From assembly GCF_003790525.1 (NCBI RefSeq), contig NZ_CP033635.1: a DNA stretch of 64,000 nt; one strand, 5' to 3'. Both the position numbers and the translations under genes were made by a program. The notes beneath the pieces were generated by a model, which did not search any database, was not told the origin of the DNA, and saw only the letters and a list, made by a program, of their open reading frames with translations. The DNA comes from Escherichia coli. Its GTDB lineage: Bacteria > Pseudomonadota > Gammaproteobacteria > Enterobacterales > Enterobacteriaceae. Of this stretch, positions 44,594 through 54,888 are shown in pieces. How positions within the stretch are numbered: position 1 is the stretch's first letter; every line of letters starts with the position of its first letter.

Positions 44594-45768
44594 TGGATGT
44601 TTTTAATACTCCTATTTCCCGCAAAGGAACATATTGTACCCAATGGGACTTTTGCGAGGACAGATTTGGTGTAAAAGATGTATTACCATTCTCTATTTCA
44701 GATATGGATCTTCCGATACCAGACGCTATCACCAGAGCATTAAAAAAACGTCTGGAACACCCGATTTTAGGGTACAGCCGTTGGCAGCATGATGACTATC
44801 TGAATGCGATAGTCAATTGGTATCATCAACAATATAAAACTGAAATCAAACCAGAATGGATCACCTATAGCCCAAGCGTGATGTACTCCATTGCTAAAGC
44901 AATAGAGTTATTGACATCGCATGGTGATAATATTCTCGTTTTTACACCTGTCTATAATGCATTTTTTGATATAATTAAACATAGCGAGAGAAATATTCTG
45001 ACAGCCTCTTTGATTATAAAAAATGAGGGGGGCTACGCTATCAATTGGCAAGATTTTGATCTTAAGATTCAAAGCGCAAAGATGGTGTTATTATGTAATC
45101 CTCATAACCCGACAGGAACAGTCTGGTCGGAAGAAGAACTGCATAAAATCGCTGCAAGCTGTACAAGGCATAATGTCTGGTTATGTTCAGATGAAATCCA
45201 TAGTGATTTTGTTTTTAATCGTAGCTTTACATCCGCGCTTAAAATAAAAAAAGAAAAAGTAGTAGTATTTAACTCGATATCGAAAACATTTAATGTTCCT
45301 GCACTAACAGGATCGTATATGATTTCAACTGACGATAATTTTAATCATAAGTTCAGAACGATATCGAGGTATCGCGATTTTGTAAACTCCCCATCAGTAC
45401 TGAATATAATTGCAACTATTATTGCCTATAACGAATGTGAGGGATGGTTAAAGTCATTAAAGGCACATATTGCCTCTAACATTCAATTCACCCAGCAGTA
45501 TCTGAACGAAAACACTCCAGAATTGATCGTAAGGCCAGCTGATGGTTGCTATTTTTCGTGGATAGATTGCTCTGCTATTGGTTATCCCTTTGATGAATTC
45601 TACAGTCGATTAATTCATGAAGGCAAAGTGGGCATTATGGCGGGGAATGTCTATGGAACGGAGGGGGAGGGCTACCTTCGTCTGAACCTGGCCTGCGGTC
45701 GAGAAAAATTATATATGGGGCTTACGCGTCTTGCGAGTGTAATTAAAAATATTAATCAAGGAAAATAA
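44587..45768 (+). CDS. PLP-dependent C-S lyase / aminotransferase class I-II, MalY-like
   Basis: 393-aa ORF overlapping the PTS stop; GTYCTQWDF vs MalY GTWCTQWDY; PLP-lysine context SISKTFNVPALTG vs MalY SGSKSFNIPALTG. Confidence 0.85.
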   Translation: MLMDVFNTPISRKGTYCTQWDFCEDRFGVKDVLPFSISDMDLPIPDAITRALKKRLEHPILGYSRWQHDDYLNAIVNWYHQQYKTEIKPEWITYSPSVMYSIAKAIELLTSHGDNILVFTPVYNAFFDIIKHSERNILTASLIIKNEGGYAINWQDFDLKIQSAKMVLLCNPHNPTGTVWSEEELHKIAASCTRHNVWLCSDEIHSDFVFNRSFTSALKIKKEKVVVFNSISKTFNVPALTGSYMISTDDNFNHKFRTISRYRDFVNSPSVLNIIATIIAYNECEGWLKSLKAHIASNIQFTQQYLNENTPELIVRPADGCYFSWIDCSAIGYPFDEFYSRLIHEGKVGIMAGNVYGTEGEGYLRLNLACGREKLYMGLTRLASVIKNINQGK

Positions 45769-45770
45769 AA

Positions 45771-46367
45771 ATGAACAGCACGGATCTTATCCATCTCATT
45801 AAACATTTTATGCGTAACGAACATAAAGCAGTTGAAGAAGTTATTGATTCCCCCCTTTCGGAGGTCGCAAATTTAATTAAAGTATTACAGTCTTGTCAGG
45901 GGAAAGTTGTTTTTATTGGTGTCGGTAAGTCCGGTATTATTGCCCGAAAACTCGCCGCAACATTTGCCAGCACTGGAACTCCCTCGTTTTTTGTTCACGG
46001 TACGGAAGCGGTACACGGCGACCTTGGAATGGTGGCGAAAGACGATGTTGTTATTCTTATTTCAAACAGTGGTGAGACGGCGGAAATCCTGGCGACACTG
46101 CCTAGTCTGAAAAAAATGGGTAATTATTTGATCTCTTTTACACGCAGTCATCACTCATCGCTTGCGATAAGTTGTGATTTATCCGTTGAAATTCCCGTAA
46201 AAAGTGAGGCGGATAATTTAGGTTTAGCGCCGTCATGCTCATCAACAGTCGTTCTGGTTGTTGGTGATGCGGTGGCGCTTGCGCTCTCCGAATTGAAAAA
46301 GTTTACTCGTGCTGATTTCGGCTTATATCATCCAGGAGGTGCGCTCGGTATTAAAGCAAACTCATAA
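45771..46367 (+). CDS. SIS-domain sugar-phosphate isomerase (KdsD/GutQ-like, no CBS domains)
   Basis: 198-aa ORF; GVGKSGIIARKLAATFASTGTPSFFVH and LISNSGETAEIL closely resemble the SIS core of arabinose-5-phosphate isomerases. Confidence 0.75.
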   Translation: MNSTDLIHLIKHFMRNEHKAVEEVIDSPLSEVANLIKVLQSCQGKVVFIGVGKSGIIARKLAATFASTGTPSFFVHGTEAVHGDLGMVAKDDVVILISNSGETAEILATLPSLKKMGNYLISFTRSHHSSLAISCDLSVEIPVKSEADNLGLAPSCSSTVVLVVGDAVALALSELKKFTRADFGLYHPGGALGIKANS

Positions 46368-46429
46368 TTTCAAAATATAAATACAGTAACCGGTCACGCC
46401 ATCTTTTGGGGTGGCGTTCTTTGAAGTGA

Positions 46430-47386
46430 GTGTCAGCTATGAAAAATGTTCTGGTCACCGTCCCCAGCTTTTCAGCACGCTGTGTTTCCGCCAGCAAGTT
46501 GCTAAGAGAGAATAATTTTAATCTTATTATTAAGAATAATGTGGAGCATCTGCTTAAATCAGAATCCACTGCATTACGAGAATCTATTTGCGCGGTCATC
46601 GCCGGAAAAGATTGTTATCAGGCGGACACGCTATCATTGCTGTCTGGTGTGAAAATAATATCGAGATTCGGGACGGGGATAGACAATATTGATCTTCGTG
46701 CGGCACAGCAATCCGGTATTGTTGTCAATAATGCGGTTGGGATTAATTCAAATGCGGTTGCGGAATTTATCATTGGACTTATCTTCGCGAGCATGAGAAA
46801 TATCCCCGGTAGCTATCATGCGATGCAAAATGGTTATTGGGGCGAGTCGCATGGCTGCGAGTTACAAGGTAAACGTATTGGCCTGCTTGGCTACGGCAAT
46901 ATTGGCAAAACACTGGCGAAAAGGTTATCTGGTTTTGATGTTGAGCTTTTAGCTTTTGACAAACAACCCGATTTCCAGGCCGCAGGCAAAGATGGAGTTC
47001 AGTTCGTATCAATTGAAGATATCTTTATGCAGTCTCATGTCATCATCGTTCTTTTGCCATTTTCTCCGGAGCTGGAGAACTTCATTAGTCATAAATATTT
47101 GTCGATGATGCGCAATGGTGCTCTGATCATCAACGCCGCAAGGGGAAAGTTGCTGGATGAGGGTGCTTTACTTCAGGTAATTGAAGAACGAAATGTTTTT
47201 GCAGCACTGGATGTGTTTAGCTCTGAACCGCTAGCGCAATTTAGCCCATTGCTACATGCCAAGAATATCATTACAACGCCGCATATTGCGGCCGCCACCG
47301 TTGAGTCATACCAGCAAACCGGGATATACGTTGCCCAGTCGATAATTGATTACTTCGCAGGAAGGGAGATAAAAAACGTGCTGTGA
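46430..47386 (+). CDS. D-isomer-specific 2-hydroxyacid dehydrogenase family protein (NAD-binding)
   Basis: 318-aa ORF with dinucleotide-binding motif GLLGYGNIGKTLAKRL and family-typical C-terminal TPHIAAAT. Confidence 0.75.
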   Translation: MSAMKNVLVTVPSFSARCVSASKLLRENNFNLIIKNNVEHLLKSESTALRESICAVIAGKDCYQADTLSLLSGVKIISRFGTGIDNIDLRAAQQSGIVVNNAVGINSNAVAEFIIGLIFASMRNIPGSYHAMQNGYWGESHGCELQGKRIGLLGYGNIGKTLAKRLSGFDVELLAFDKQPDFQAAGKDGVQFVSIEDIFMQSHVIIVLLPFSPELENFISHKYLSMMRNGALIINAARGKLLDEGALLQVIEERNVFAALDVFSSEPLAQFSPLLHAKNIITTPHIAAATVESYQQTGIYVAQSIIDYFAGREIKNVL

Positions 47387-47411
47387 GTTCAGCTAAGGAA
47401 TATTTCAGGTA

Positions 47412-47445
47412 CAAAAAAACCGCAATTTGTGAAACACATTGCGGT
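47412..47445 (-). terminator. Intrinsic terminator of the metZWV tRNA operon
   Basis: On the minus strand, hairpin ACCGCAAT/ATTGCGGT followed by a U-run, immediately 3' of the last tRNA copy. Confidence 0.5.
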
Positions 47446-47464
47446 TTATCAGCATCATAAGTGT

Positions 47465-47541
<77 letters not shown>

Positions 47542-47575
47542 TCACCGTACTGCTTTTACTTCATCAAATTTTGAT

Positions 47576-47652
<77 letters not shown>

Positions 47653-47685
47653 TCACCGTACTGCTTTACTTCATCAAATTTTAAT

Positions 47686-47762
<77 letters not shown>

Positions 47763-47970
47763 TCCGTGGATGCGCACTATACTCTGCTCGCGTTTTCATG
47801 CAACCTTTTTTTTACCCCGATCACGGATTTGGCATGATTTTGAACAAAAACAAATCACTAAAGCCTATTTTTTGTGCAAAATTTGCGTCGGGGAGAGGCT
47901 GCTCATTTCATTAAACGCGGCGGTTTGTTATCTTCGTTGCGCCTTATTTTTTAACCTGAAGAAGAGAACA

Positions 47971-49068
47971 ATGAAAGGACGTTGGGTAAAGTACCTTCTT
48001 ATGGGCACGGTTGTGGCAATGCTTGCCGCCTGCTCTTCCAAACCAACCGATCGCGGACAGCAATATAAAGACGGGAAATTTACCCAGCCTTTCTCTCTGG
48101 TGAACCAGCCAGATGCCGTTGGCGCGCCGATTAACGCCGGTGATTTTGCCGAGCAAATTAACCATATCCGTAATTCGTCACCGCGTCTGTATGGCAACCA
48201 GAGTAATGTTTATAACGCGGTGCAAGAGTGGCTGCGCGCAGGCGGTGATACCCGCAATATGCGCCAGTTCGGCATTGATGCCTGGCAGATGGAAGGTGCC
48301 GACAACTATGGTAACGTGCAGTTTACCGGTTATTACACGCCAGTAATTCAGGCGCGCCATACCCGCCAGGGCGAGTTTCAGTATCCGATTTACCGTATGC
48401 CGCCAAAACGTGGTCGTCTGCCGTCTCGTGCGGAGATCTACGCGGGGGCATTGAGCGATAAATACATCCTCGCTTACAGCAACTCTCTGATGGATAACTT
48501 CATTATGGATGTGCAGGGTAGTGGGTATATCGACTTTGGTGATGGCAGTCCGCTTAACTTTTTCAGCTATGCAGGGAAAAACGGTCATGCCTATCGCAGC
48601 ATTGGTAAGGTGCTGATCGACCGTGGCGAAGTGAAAAAAGAAGATATGTCGATGCAGGCGATTCGTCACTGGGGTGAAACACACAGTGAAGCCGAGGTTC
48701 GCGAGCTGCTGGAACAGAACCCGTCTTTCGTCTTCTTTAAACCGCAATCTTTTGCTCCGGTGAAAGGGGCAAGTGCGGTGCCGCTGGTTGGTCGCGCTTC
48801 AGTTGCGTCCGATCGTTCCATTATCCCGCCTGGTACAACCTTACTGGCAGAAGTGCCGCTGCTGGATAATAACGGCAAATTTAACGGTCAGTACGAACTA
48901 CGGCTGATGGTGGCGTTGGATGTCGGTGGTGCAATCAAAGGCCAACACTTCGATATTTATCAAGGTATCGGGCCGGAAGCCGGACACCGCGCAGGTTGGT
49001 ACAACCACTATGGACGTGTTTGGGTGCTGAAAACCGCCCCGGGCGCAGGTAACGTCTTTAGCGGCTGA
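47971..49068 (+). CDS. mltA: Membrane-bound lytic murein transglycosylase A (lipoprotein)
   Basis: Internal ATG at 47971 of ORF 47689..49068 gives MKGRWVKYLLMGTVVAMLAACSS (lipobox); the upstream in-frame extension runs through the tRNA genes and is not coding. Confidence 0.9.
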   Translation: MKGRWVKYLLMGTVVAMLAACSSKPTDRGQQYKDGKFTQPFSLVNQPDAVGAPINAGDFAEQINHIRNSSPRLYGNQSNVYNAVQEWLRAGGDTRNMRQFGIDAWQMEGADNYGNVQFTGYYTPVIQARHTRQGEFQYPIYRMPPKRGRLPSRAEIYAGALSDKYILAYSNSLMDNFIMDVQGSGYIDFGDGSPLNFFSYAGKNGHAYRSIGKVLIDRGEVKKEDMSMQAIRHWGETHSEAEVRELLEQNPSFVFFKPQSFAPVKGASAVPLVGRASVASDRSIIPPGTTLLAEVPLLDNNGKFNGQYELRLMVALDVGGAIKGQHFDIYQGIGPEAGHRAGWYNHYGRVWVLKTAPGAGNVFSG

Positions 49069-49144
49069 TGTGTTATTCTGTATACCGTTTTGACGGATAC
49101 GACAGGGTGAGGGATAACCTCGCCCTTTTTAATTCTGAGGTGCT

Positions 49145-49951
49145 ATGTCTGTGGTAATTAGTGATGCATGGCGTCAGCGTTTTGGTGGCACAGCGCGTCT
49201 GTATGGTGAAAAAGCATTGCAACTGTTTGCTGACGCGCATATTTGTGTGGTTGGTATCGGTGGTGTCGGTTCCTGGGCGGCGGAAGCGCTGGCGCGCACG
49301 GGGATTGGCTCAATCACGCTTATCGATATGGATGATGTGTGCGTCACCAATACCAATCGGCAAATTCATGCCCTGCGCGATAACGTTGGGCTGGCAAAAG
49401 CGGAAGTTATGGCGGAGCGTATTCGCCAGATTAACCCGGAGTGCCGTGTAACGGTGGTGGATGATTTCGTGACGCCGGATAACGTAGCGCAGTATATGAG
49501 CGTGGGTTATTCGTACGTGATTGATGCCATTGATAGTGTACGGCCCAAAGCGGCGCTGATTGCTTATTGTCGGCGCAATAAAATCCCACTGGTCACAACC
49601 GGTGGCGCGGGTGGGCAGATTGACCCGACGCAGATTCAGGTTACCGATCTGGCGAAAACGATTCAGGACCCGCTGGCGGCGAAGTTGCGTGAGCGCCTGA
49701 AAAGCGATTTTGGCATAGTGAAAAACAGTAAAGGTAAGCTCGGCGTGGATTGCGTGTTCTCTACCGAAGCGCTGGTGTACCCGCAGTCAGATGGCACGGT
49801 CTGTGCAATGAAAGCTACGGCGGAAGGGCCAAAGCGGATGGATTGTGCATCTGGATTTGGTGCCGCGACGATGGTGACCGCCACCTTTGGTTTTGTTGCG
49901 GTTTCTCATGCGCTGAAGAAGATGATGGCGAAAGCGGCGCGTCAGGGGTAA
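49145..49951 (+). CDS. tcdA: tRNA threonylcarbamoyladenosine dehydratase (E1-like)
   Basis: 268-aa ORF with ThiF/MoeB-type nucleotide-binding motif VVGIGGVGSWAAEALAR. Confidence 0.9.
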   Translation: MSVVISDAWRQRFGGTARLYGEKALQLFADAHICVVGIGGVGSWAAEALARTGIGSITLIDMDDVCVTNTNRQIHALRDNVGLAKAEVMAERIRQINPECRVTVVDDFVTPDNVAQYMSVGYSYVIDAIDSVRPKAALIAYCRRNKIPLVTTGGAGGQIDPTQIQVTDLAKTIQDPLAAKLRERLKSDFGIVKNSKGKLGVDCVFSTEALVYPQSDGTVCAMKATAEGPKRMDCASGFGAATMVTATFGFVAVSHALKKMMAKAARQG

Positions 49952-49957
49952 ACAATC

Positions 49958-49990
49958 AGGTCGGATGCGACGCAAACGTCCTTTCCGACC
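49958..49990. repeat. REP-like palindrome between tcdA and csdE
   Basis: GGTCGGATGCGACGC...CCTTTCCGACC inverted repeat. Confidence 0.4.
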
Positions 49991-50001
49991 CGGTTCTGTG
50001 C

Positions 50002-50445
50002 TTAAACCTGCTTCGCCGCAGCGATAATCGCCTCGCTTAACGCATTCAACCCCTGGCTGCGTGAGGCGCTAAGTTGCGCACGCAATCCCAGCTCATCAAA
50101 CAATGCCAGCGGCGACTGTGCCTGCAATTCGGCGGCGGTTTTGCCCTCAACGGCAGTCAACAACACCGCAAGCAGGCCGCGCACAATGCGTCCTTCGCTG
50201 TCGCCAAAGAAATGCATCTTGCCGTTTTCAGCCATGGTATATCCCAGCCAGACGCGGTTTTCGCATCCGGCAATCTCTTTAGCCTGCGCTTTTAACTCGT
50301 CTGGCAAAGCCGGCAGCTGTTTCCCCAGCATGATCAACTGGCGATATTTATCTTCCCATTGCGACAACGGTGCGAAGGTATTGCGTAACGTTTCTGCGGT
50401 TACGGTTGTGCCGAACGGATGTCCGGCGAATTGCGGGTTCGTCAT
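50002..50445 (-). CDS. csdE: Sulfur acceptor protein CsdE (SufE-like)
   Basis: 147-aa ORF; start overlaps the csdA stop (TAATG on the coding strand). Confidence 0.85.
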   Translation of the reverse strand: MTNPQFAGHPFGTTVTAETLRNTFAPLSQWEDKYRQLIMLGKQLPALPDELKAQAKEIAGCENRVWLGYTMAENGKMHFFGDSEGRIVRGLLAVLLTAVEGKTAAELQAQSPLALFDELGLRAQLSASRSQGLNALSEAIIAAAKQV

Positions 50446-51650
50446 TAATCCACCAATAATTCCAGCGCGCGGTCAACGGCATTCACCAGCGCATCCACAT
50501 CACTCTTTGTATTATATGGCGCAAAAGAGGCGCGCAGTGTGCCGGTTACGCCTAATTCTGCCAGTAGCGGCTGAGCGCAATGCTGCCCGGCCCGCAGGGC
50601 AATACCGTACTCCGCCAGCAGTGTCACCATATCGCTGTGATGAACTCCAGCAAAATCAAAGGCCAGCAGGCTGGAATCCTGGCAGCGGAATGAACGAAAG
50701 CCTGGACGTTTCGCCAGCGCTTCTTCTGCAAGCGTTGCTAAGCTACGGCTCCAGCTTTCGGCCTGGTTGATATCGTAATCTGTCAGCCATTCCAGCGCCG
50801 CGCTTAATCCTATGACGCCAGCGACATTTGGCGTTCCTGCTTCCAGTTTCCACGGCGCAGATTGAGTCGTGAAGCCGTCAAAACTCACTTCGTGAACCAT
50901 TTTGCCGCCGCCCAGCCAGGGCGACATCGCTTCCAGCAGTTCTGGTTTGCCATACAGCACGCCGATGCCTGTCGGGCCATACAGTTTGTGACCTGAAAAA
51001 GCATAGAAATCAATATCCAGTTGCTGAACATCCGCGGGGAAATGCACCGCCCCCTGAGCACCATCAACCATCACCACCATCCCGGCTGAATGAGCAAAAG
51101 TAATCGCTCTCGCCAGATCCGGGCAACCGCCAGTGACGTTCGACATCTGGCCCAACGCCAGAATCCGACTACGGGGAGTAATCAGTTCTGGCAACAAATC
51201 GACATCCGGCAGTCGCTGCGCATTAAGCGGCAATTTCACCACTTTGGCCCCCGTTTGTTGGGCGACCATCAGCCAGGGGACGAGGTTGGCGTGGTGTTCT
51301 GCCACACTGACAATAATTTCATCGCCCGGTTGCAGACGCGGACGCGCATAGCATTGTGCCACCATGTTGATGGATTCAGTGGTGCCGCGCGTCCAGACGA
51401 TAGTTTTATCATCCGGTGCATTCAGTAATTGTGCCACTTTTTCCCGCGCAGCTTCGTAACGCGCGGTCAGGCGTTGGGCTTCGGCAAACTGGCTGCGATG
51501 GACGTTTCCGGCGCTCAGGCTATAAAACTGTCGGGTGGCTTCAACCACGGCTTCAGGTTTAAGCGCGGTCGCGGCGCTGTCGAGATAGACGCCCGCATCC
51601 TGTAGCGCGGGAAACTGGGCGCGAAACTGCGCGGGATTAAAAACGTTCAT
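50445..51650 (-). CDS. csdA: Cysteine desulfurase CsdA (PLP-dependent)
   Basis: Start taken at the ATG at 51648-51650 giving [16 protein letters not shown]...; the ORF track extends 12 codons further. Confidence 0.9.
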   Translation of the reverse strand: MNVFNPAQFRAQFPALQDAGVYLDSAATALKPEAVVEATRQFYSLSAGNVHRSQFAEAQRLTARYEAAREKVAQLLNAPDDKTIVWTRGTTESINMVAQCYARPRLQPGDEIIVSVAEHHANLVPWLMVAQQTGAKVVKLPLNAQRLPDVDLLPELITPRSRILALGQMSNVTGGCPDLARAITFAHSAGMVVMVDGAQGAVHFPADVQQLDIDFYAFSGHKLYGPTGIGVLYGKPELLEAMSPWLGGGKMVHEVSFDGFTTQSAPWKLEAGTPNVAGVIGLSAALEWLTDYDINQAESWSRSLATLAEEALAKRPGFRSFRCQDSSLLAFDFAGVHHSDMVTLLAEYGIALRAGQHCAQPLLAELGVTGTLRASFAPYNTKSDVDALVNAVDRALELLVD

Positions 51651-51841
51651 GGTACTCCTCGGCTTGATGCACCGATCGTGACGCAAAATTCACTTTGATA
51701 CAAGGAGAGTGCTAACCATCAGAATTATCTGGATATCCTGGCGAAGCCGCGTCAGTAACATATGCTGAATAGTGTTAGGCGTTAATTTTAGCCTGTTAAT
51801 CAATACTATTAAGATTTATTAATCGCTTTAAGGAGAAGATG

Positions 51842-52069
51842 ATGAAAAAGACTGCCGCAATTATTTCTGCCTGTATGCTGACTTTTGCCCTGAGCGCCTG
51901 TTCCGGTTCGAACTATGTGATGCACACCAATGACGGACGTACCATCGTCTCTGACGGCAAACCACAGACTGATAACGATACCGGTATGATTTCGTATAAA
52001 GACGCTAATGGCAACAAACAGCAGATCAACCGTACTGACGTGAAAGAGATGGTCGAACTGGATCAGTAA
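51842..52069 (+). CDS. ygdI: Small lipoprotein (DUF903 family)
   Basis: 75-aa [36 protein letters not shown]...; clear paralog of ygdR. Confidence 0.85.
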   Translation: MKKTAAIISACMLTFALSACSGSNYVMHTNDGRTIVSDGKPQTDNDTGMISYKDANGNKQQINRTDVKEMVELDQ

Positions 52070-52086
52070 TTCGCGATCGCAAGGTA

Positions 52087-52292
52087 AAAAAAAAGCACCG
52101 CAATTAGGCGGTGCTACATTAATCACTATGGACAGACAGGGTAAATGTACAGGAAGTGAAAAAAGGTAGCTTTGCTACCATGGTCTGAATCGCAGACCAA
52201 TTGCAAACACAACAACACAACATCACAACCGTAAGCCAAAAGTTCACCAGAACACGCATTCCGATAAAACTTTTCGTTCCGGCTCAGGAAGT
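52087..52292 (-). ncRNA. gcvB: GcvB small RNA
   Basis: Minus-strand sequence starts ACTTCCTGAGCCGGAACGAAAAGTTTTATCGGAATGCGTGTTCTGGTGAACTTTTGGCTTACGGTTGTGATGTTGTGTTGTTGTGTTTGC and ends in hairpin GCACCGCCTAATTGCGGTGC plus a U-run; divergent from gcvA. Confidence 0.85.
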
Positions 52293-52420
52293 GCCGCCAC
52301 TATAGGTATTTGCTGGTAGAAGCTCAACGGACAATTTATAATGGCTCAGATTAAAAAAACTAATAGGTTACACAGTGTGATCTAATTGTTAAATTCATTT
52401 AACATCAAAGTTTAAAAGCC

Positions 52421-53338
52421 ATGTCTAAACGATTACCACCGCTAAATGCCTTACGAGTTTTTGATGCCGCAGCACGCCATTTAAGTTTCACTCGCGCAGC
52501 AGAAGAGCTTTTTGTGACCCAGGCCGCAGTAAGTCATCAAATCAAGTCTCTTGAGGATTTTTTGGGGCTAAAACTGTTCCGCCGCCGTAATCGTTCACTC
52601 CTGCTGACCGAGGAAGGGCAAAGCTATTTCCTCGATATCAAAGAGATATTTTCGCAATTAACCGAAGCGACGCGTAAACTCCAGGCCCGTAGCGCTAAGG
52701 GGGCGTTGACGGTCAGTTTACTCCCCAGTTTCGCCATTCATTGGTTGGTTCCGCGACTTTCCAGCTTTAATTCAGCTTATCCGGGAATTGACGTTCGAAT
52801 CCAGGCGGTTGATCGTCAGGAAGATAAGCTGGCGGATGATGTTGATGTGGCGATATTTTATGGTCGGGGCAACTGGCCGGGGCTACGGGTGGAAAAACTG
52901 TACGCCGAATATTTATTGCCGGTGTGCTCGCCGCTACTGCTGACTGGCGAAAAACCCTTGAAGACCCCGGAAGATCTGGCTAAACATACGTTATTACATG
53001 ATGCGTCACGCCGTGACTGGCAGACATATACCCGACAGTTGGGGTTAAATCATATCAACGTTCAGCAAGGGCCAATTTTTAGCCATAGCGCCATGGTGCT
53101 GCAAGCGGCTATCCACGGGCAGGGAGTGGCGCTGGCAAATAACGTGATGGCGCAATCTGAAATTGAAGCCGGACGTCTTGTTTGCCCGTTTAATGATGTT
53201 CTGGTCAGTAAAAACGCTTTTTATCTGGTTTGTCATGACAGCCAGGCAGAACTGGGTAAAATAGCCGCCTTTCGCCAATGGATCCTGGCGAAAGCCGCTG
53301 CTGAACAAGAAAAATTCCGCTTTCGTTATGAACAATAA
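52421..53338 (+). CDS. gcvA: Glycine cleavage system transcriptional activator (LysR family)
   Basis: 305-aa ORF MSKRLPPLNALRVFDAAARHLSFTRAAEELFVTQAAVSHQIK... Confidence 0.9.
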   Translation: MSKRLPPLNALRVFDAAARHLSFTRAAEELFVTQAAVSHQIKSLEDFLGLKLFRRRNRSLLLTEEGQSYFLDIKEIFSQLTEATRKLQARSAKGALTVSLLPSFAIHWLVPRLSSFNSAYPGIDVRIQAVDRQEDKLADDVDVAIFYGRGNWPGLRVEKLYAEYLLPVCSPLLLTGEKPLKTPEDLAKHTLLHDASRRDWQTYTRQLGLNHINVQQGPIFSHSAMVLQAAIHGQGVALANNVMAQSEIEAGRLVCPFNDVLVSKNAFYLVCHDSQAELGKIAAFRQWILAKAAAEQEKFRFRYEQ

Positions 53339-53356
53339 TTTACGTAGGGTACGACC

Positions 53357-53752
53357 ATGACCAGCCGTTTTATGCTGATTTTCGCCGCCATTAGCGGCTT
53401 CATTTTTGTGGCTCTGGGCGCTTTTGGCGCGCATGTGTTAAGTAAAACCATGGGGGCCGTTGAGATGGGCTGGATCCAGACCGGCCTCGAATACCAGGCG
53501 TTTCATACGCTGGCGATCTTAGGTCTGGCGGTGGCAATGCAGCGTCGCATCAGTATCTGGTTTTACTGGAGTAGCGTTTTCCTCGCGTTAGGCACGGTGC
53601 TGTTCAGCGGCAGCCTTTATTGCCTGGCGCTGTCCCATCTGCGTTTGTGGGCGTTTGTCACACCGGTTGGCGGTGTGAGCTTCCTTGCGGGCTGGGCGTT
53701 AATGTTAGTTGGTGCTATCCGTTTAAAGCGCAAGGGCGTAAGTCATGAATAA
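53357..53752 (+). CDS. ygdD: DUF423 inner-membrane protein
   Basis: 131-aa hydrophobic ORF overlapping the rlmM start. Confidence 0.85.
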
Positions 53753-54845
53753 GGTTGTATTGCTGTGCCGTCCGGGCTTTGAAAAAGAGTGCGCCGCAGA
53801 AATTACCGATAAAGCCGGCCAGCGGGAAATTTTCGGTTTTGCCCGCGTGAAAGAGAATGCGGGTTATGTCATTTATGAATGTTATCAACCTGATGATGGC
53901 GATAAGTTAATCCGTGAGCTGCCGTTCAGTTCATTAATTTTTGCCCGCCAGTGGTTTGTGGTGGGGGAACTCCTGCAGCATTTGCCGCCTGAAGATCGTA
54001 TTACCCCCATTGTCGGTATGTTACAGGGCGTAGTAGAGAAGGGCGGTGAACTGCGTGTTGAAGTTGCCGATACCAACGAAAGCAAAGAGTTGCTGAAATT
54101 CTGCCGTAAATTCACCGTGCCGCTACGCGCTGCCTTGCGTGATGCGGGTGTGCTGGCGAACTATGAAACGCCGAAGCGTCCGGTTGTGCATGTATTCTTT
54201 ATTGCACCAGGCTGTTGCTATACCGGTTACTCATACAGCAACAATAATTCGCCGTTCTATATGGGCATTCCGCGCCTGAAATTTCCGGCAGATGCGCCGA
54301 GTCGTTCCACGCTCAAACTGGAAGAGGCATTTCATGTGTTTATTCCCGCGGATGAGTGGGATGAACGCCTGGCGAACGGGATGTGGGCGGTGGATTTGGG
54401 CGCTTGCCCAGGCGGCTGGACCTACCAACTGGTGAAGCGCAACATGTGGGTTTATTCCGTCGACAACGGCCCGATGGCGCAAAGTCTGATGGATACCGGG
54501 CAGGTAACGTGGCTGCGGGAAGACGGTTTCAAATTCCGTCCGACACGCAGCAATATCTCCTGGATGGTATGCGATATGGTTGAAAAACCGGCGAAAGTTG
54601 CGGCATTGATGGCGCAGTGGCTGGTTAATGGCTGGTGCCGTGAAACCATTTTCAACCTCAAACTGCCGATGAAAAAACGCTACGAAGAAGTGTCACACAA
54701 TCTGGCGTATATTCAGGCACAGCTTGATGAACATGGCATAAATGCTCAGATCCAGGCGCGGCAGTTGTATCACGATCGCGAAGAAGTGACGGTGCACGTC
54801 CGCCGTATCTGGGCTGCGGTGGGTGGTCGTCGCGACGAGCGATAA
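53745..54845 (+). CDS. rlmM: 23S rRNA 2'-O-ribose C2498 methyltransferase
   Basis: 366-aa [28 protein letters not shown]... Confidence 0.9.
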
Positions 54846-54888
54846 CAGGCAAGGCCGGGGCGTCGTCTCCGGCCTGCTACCCTTTCCG

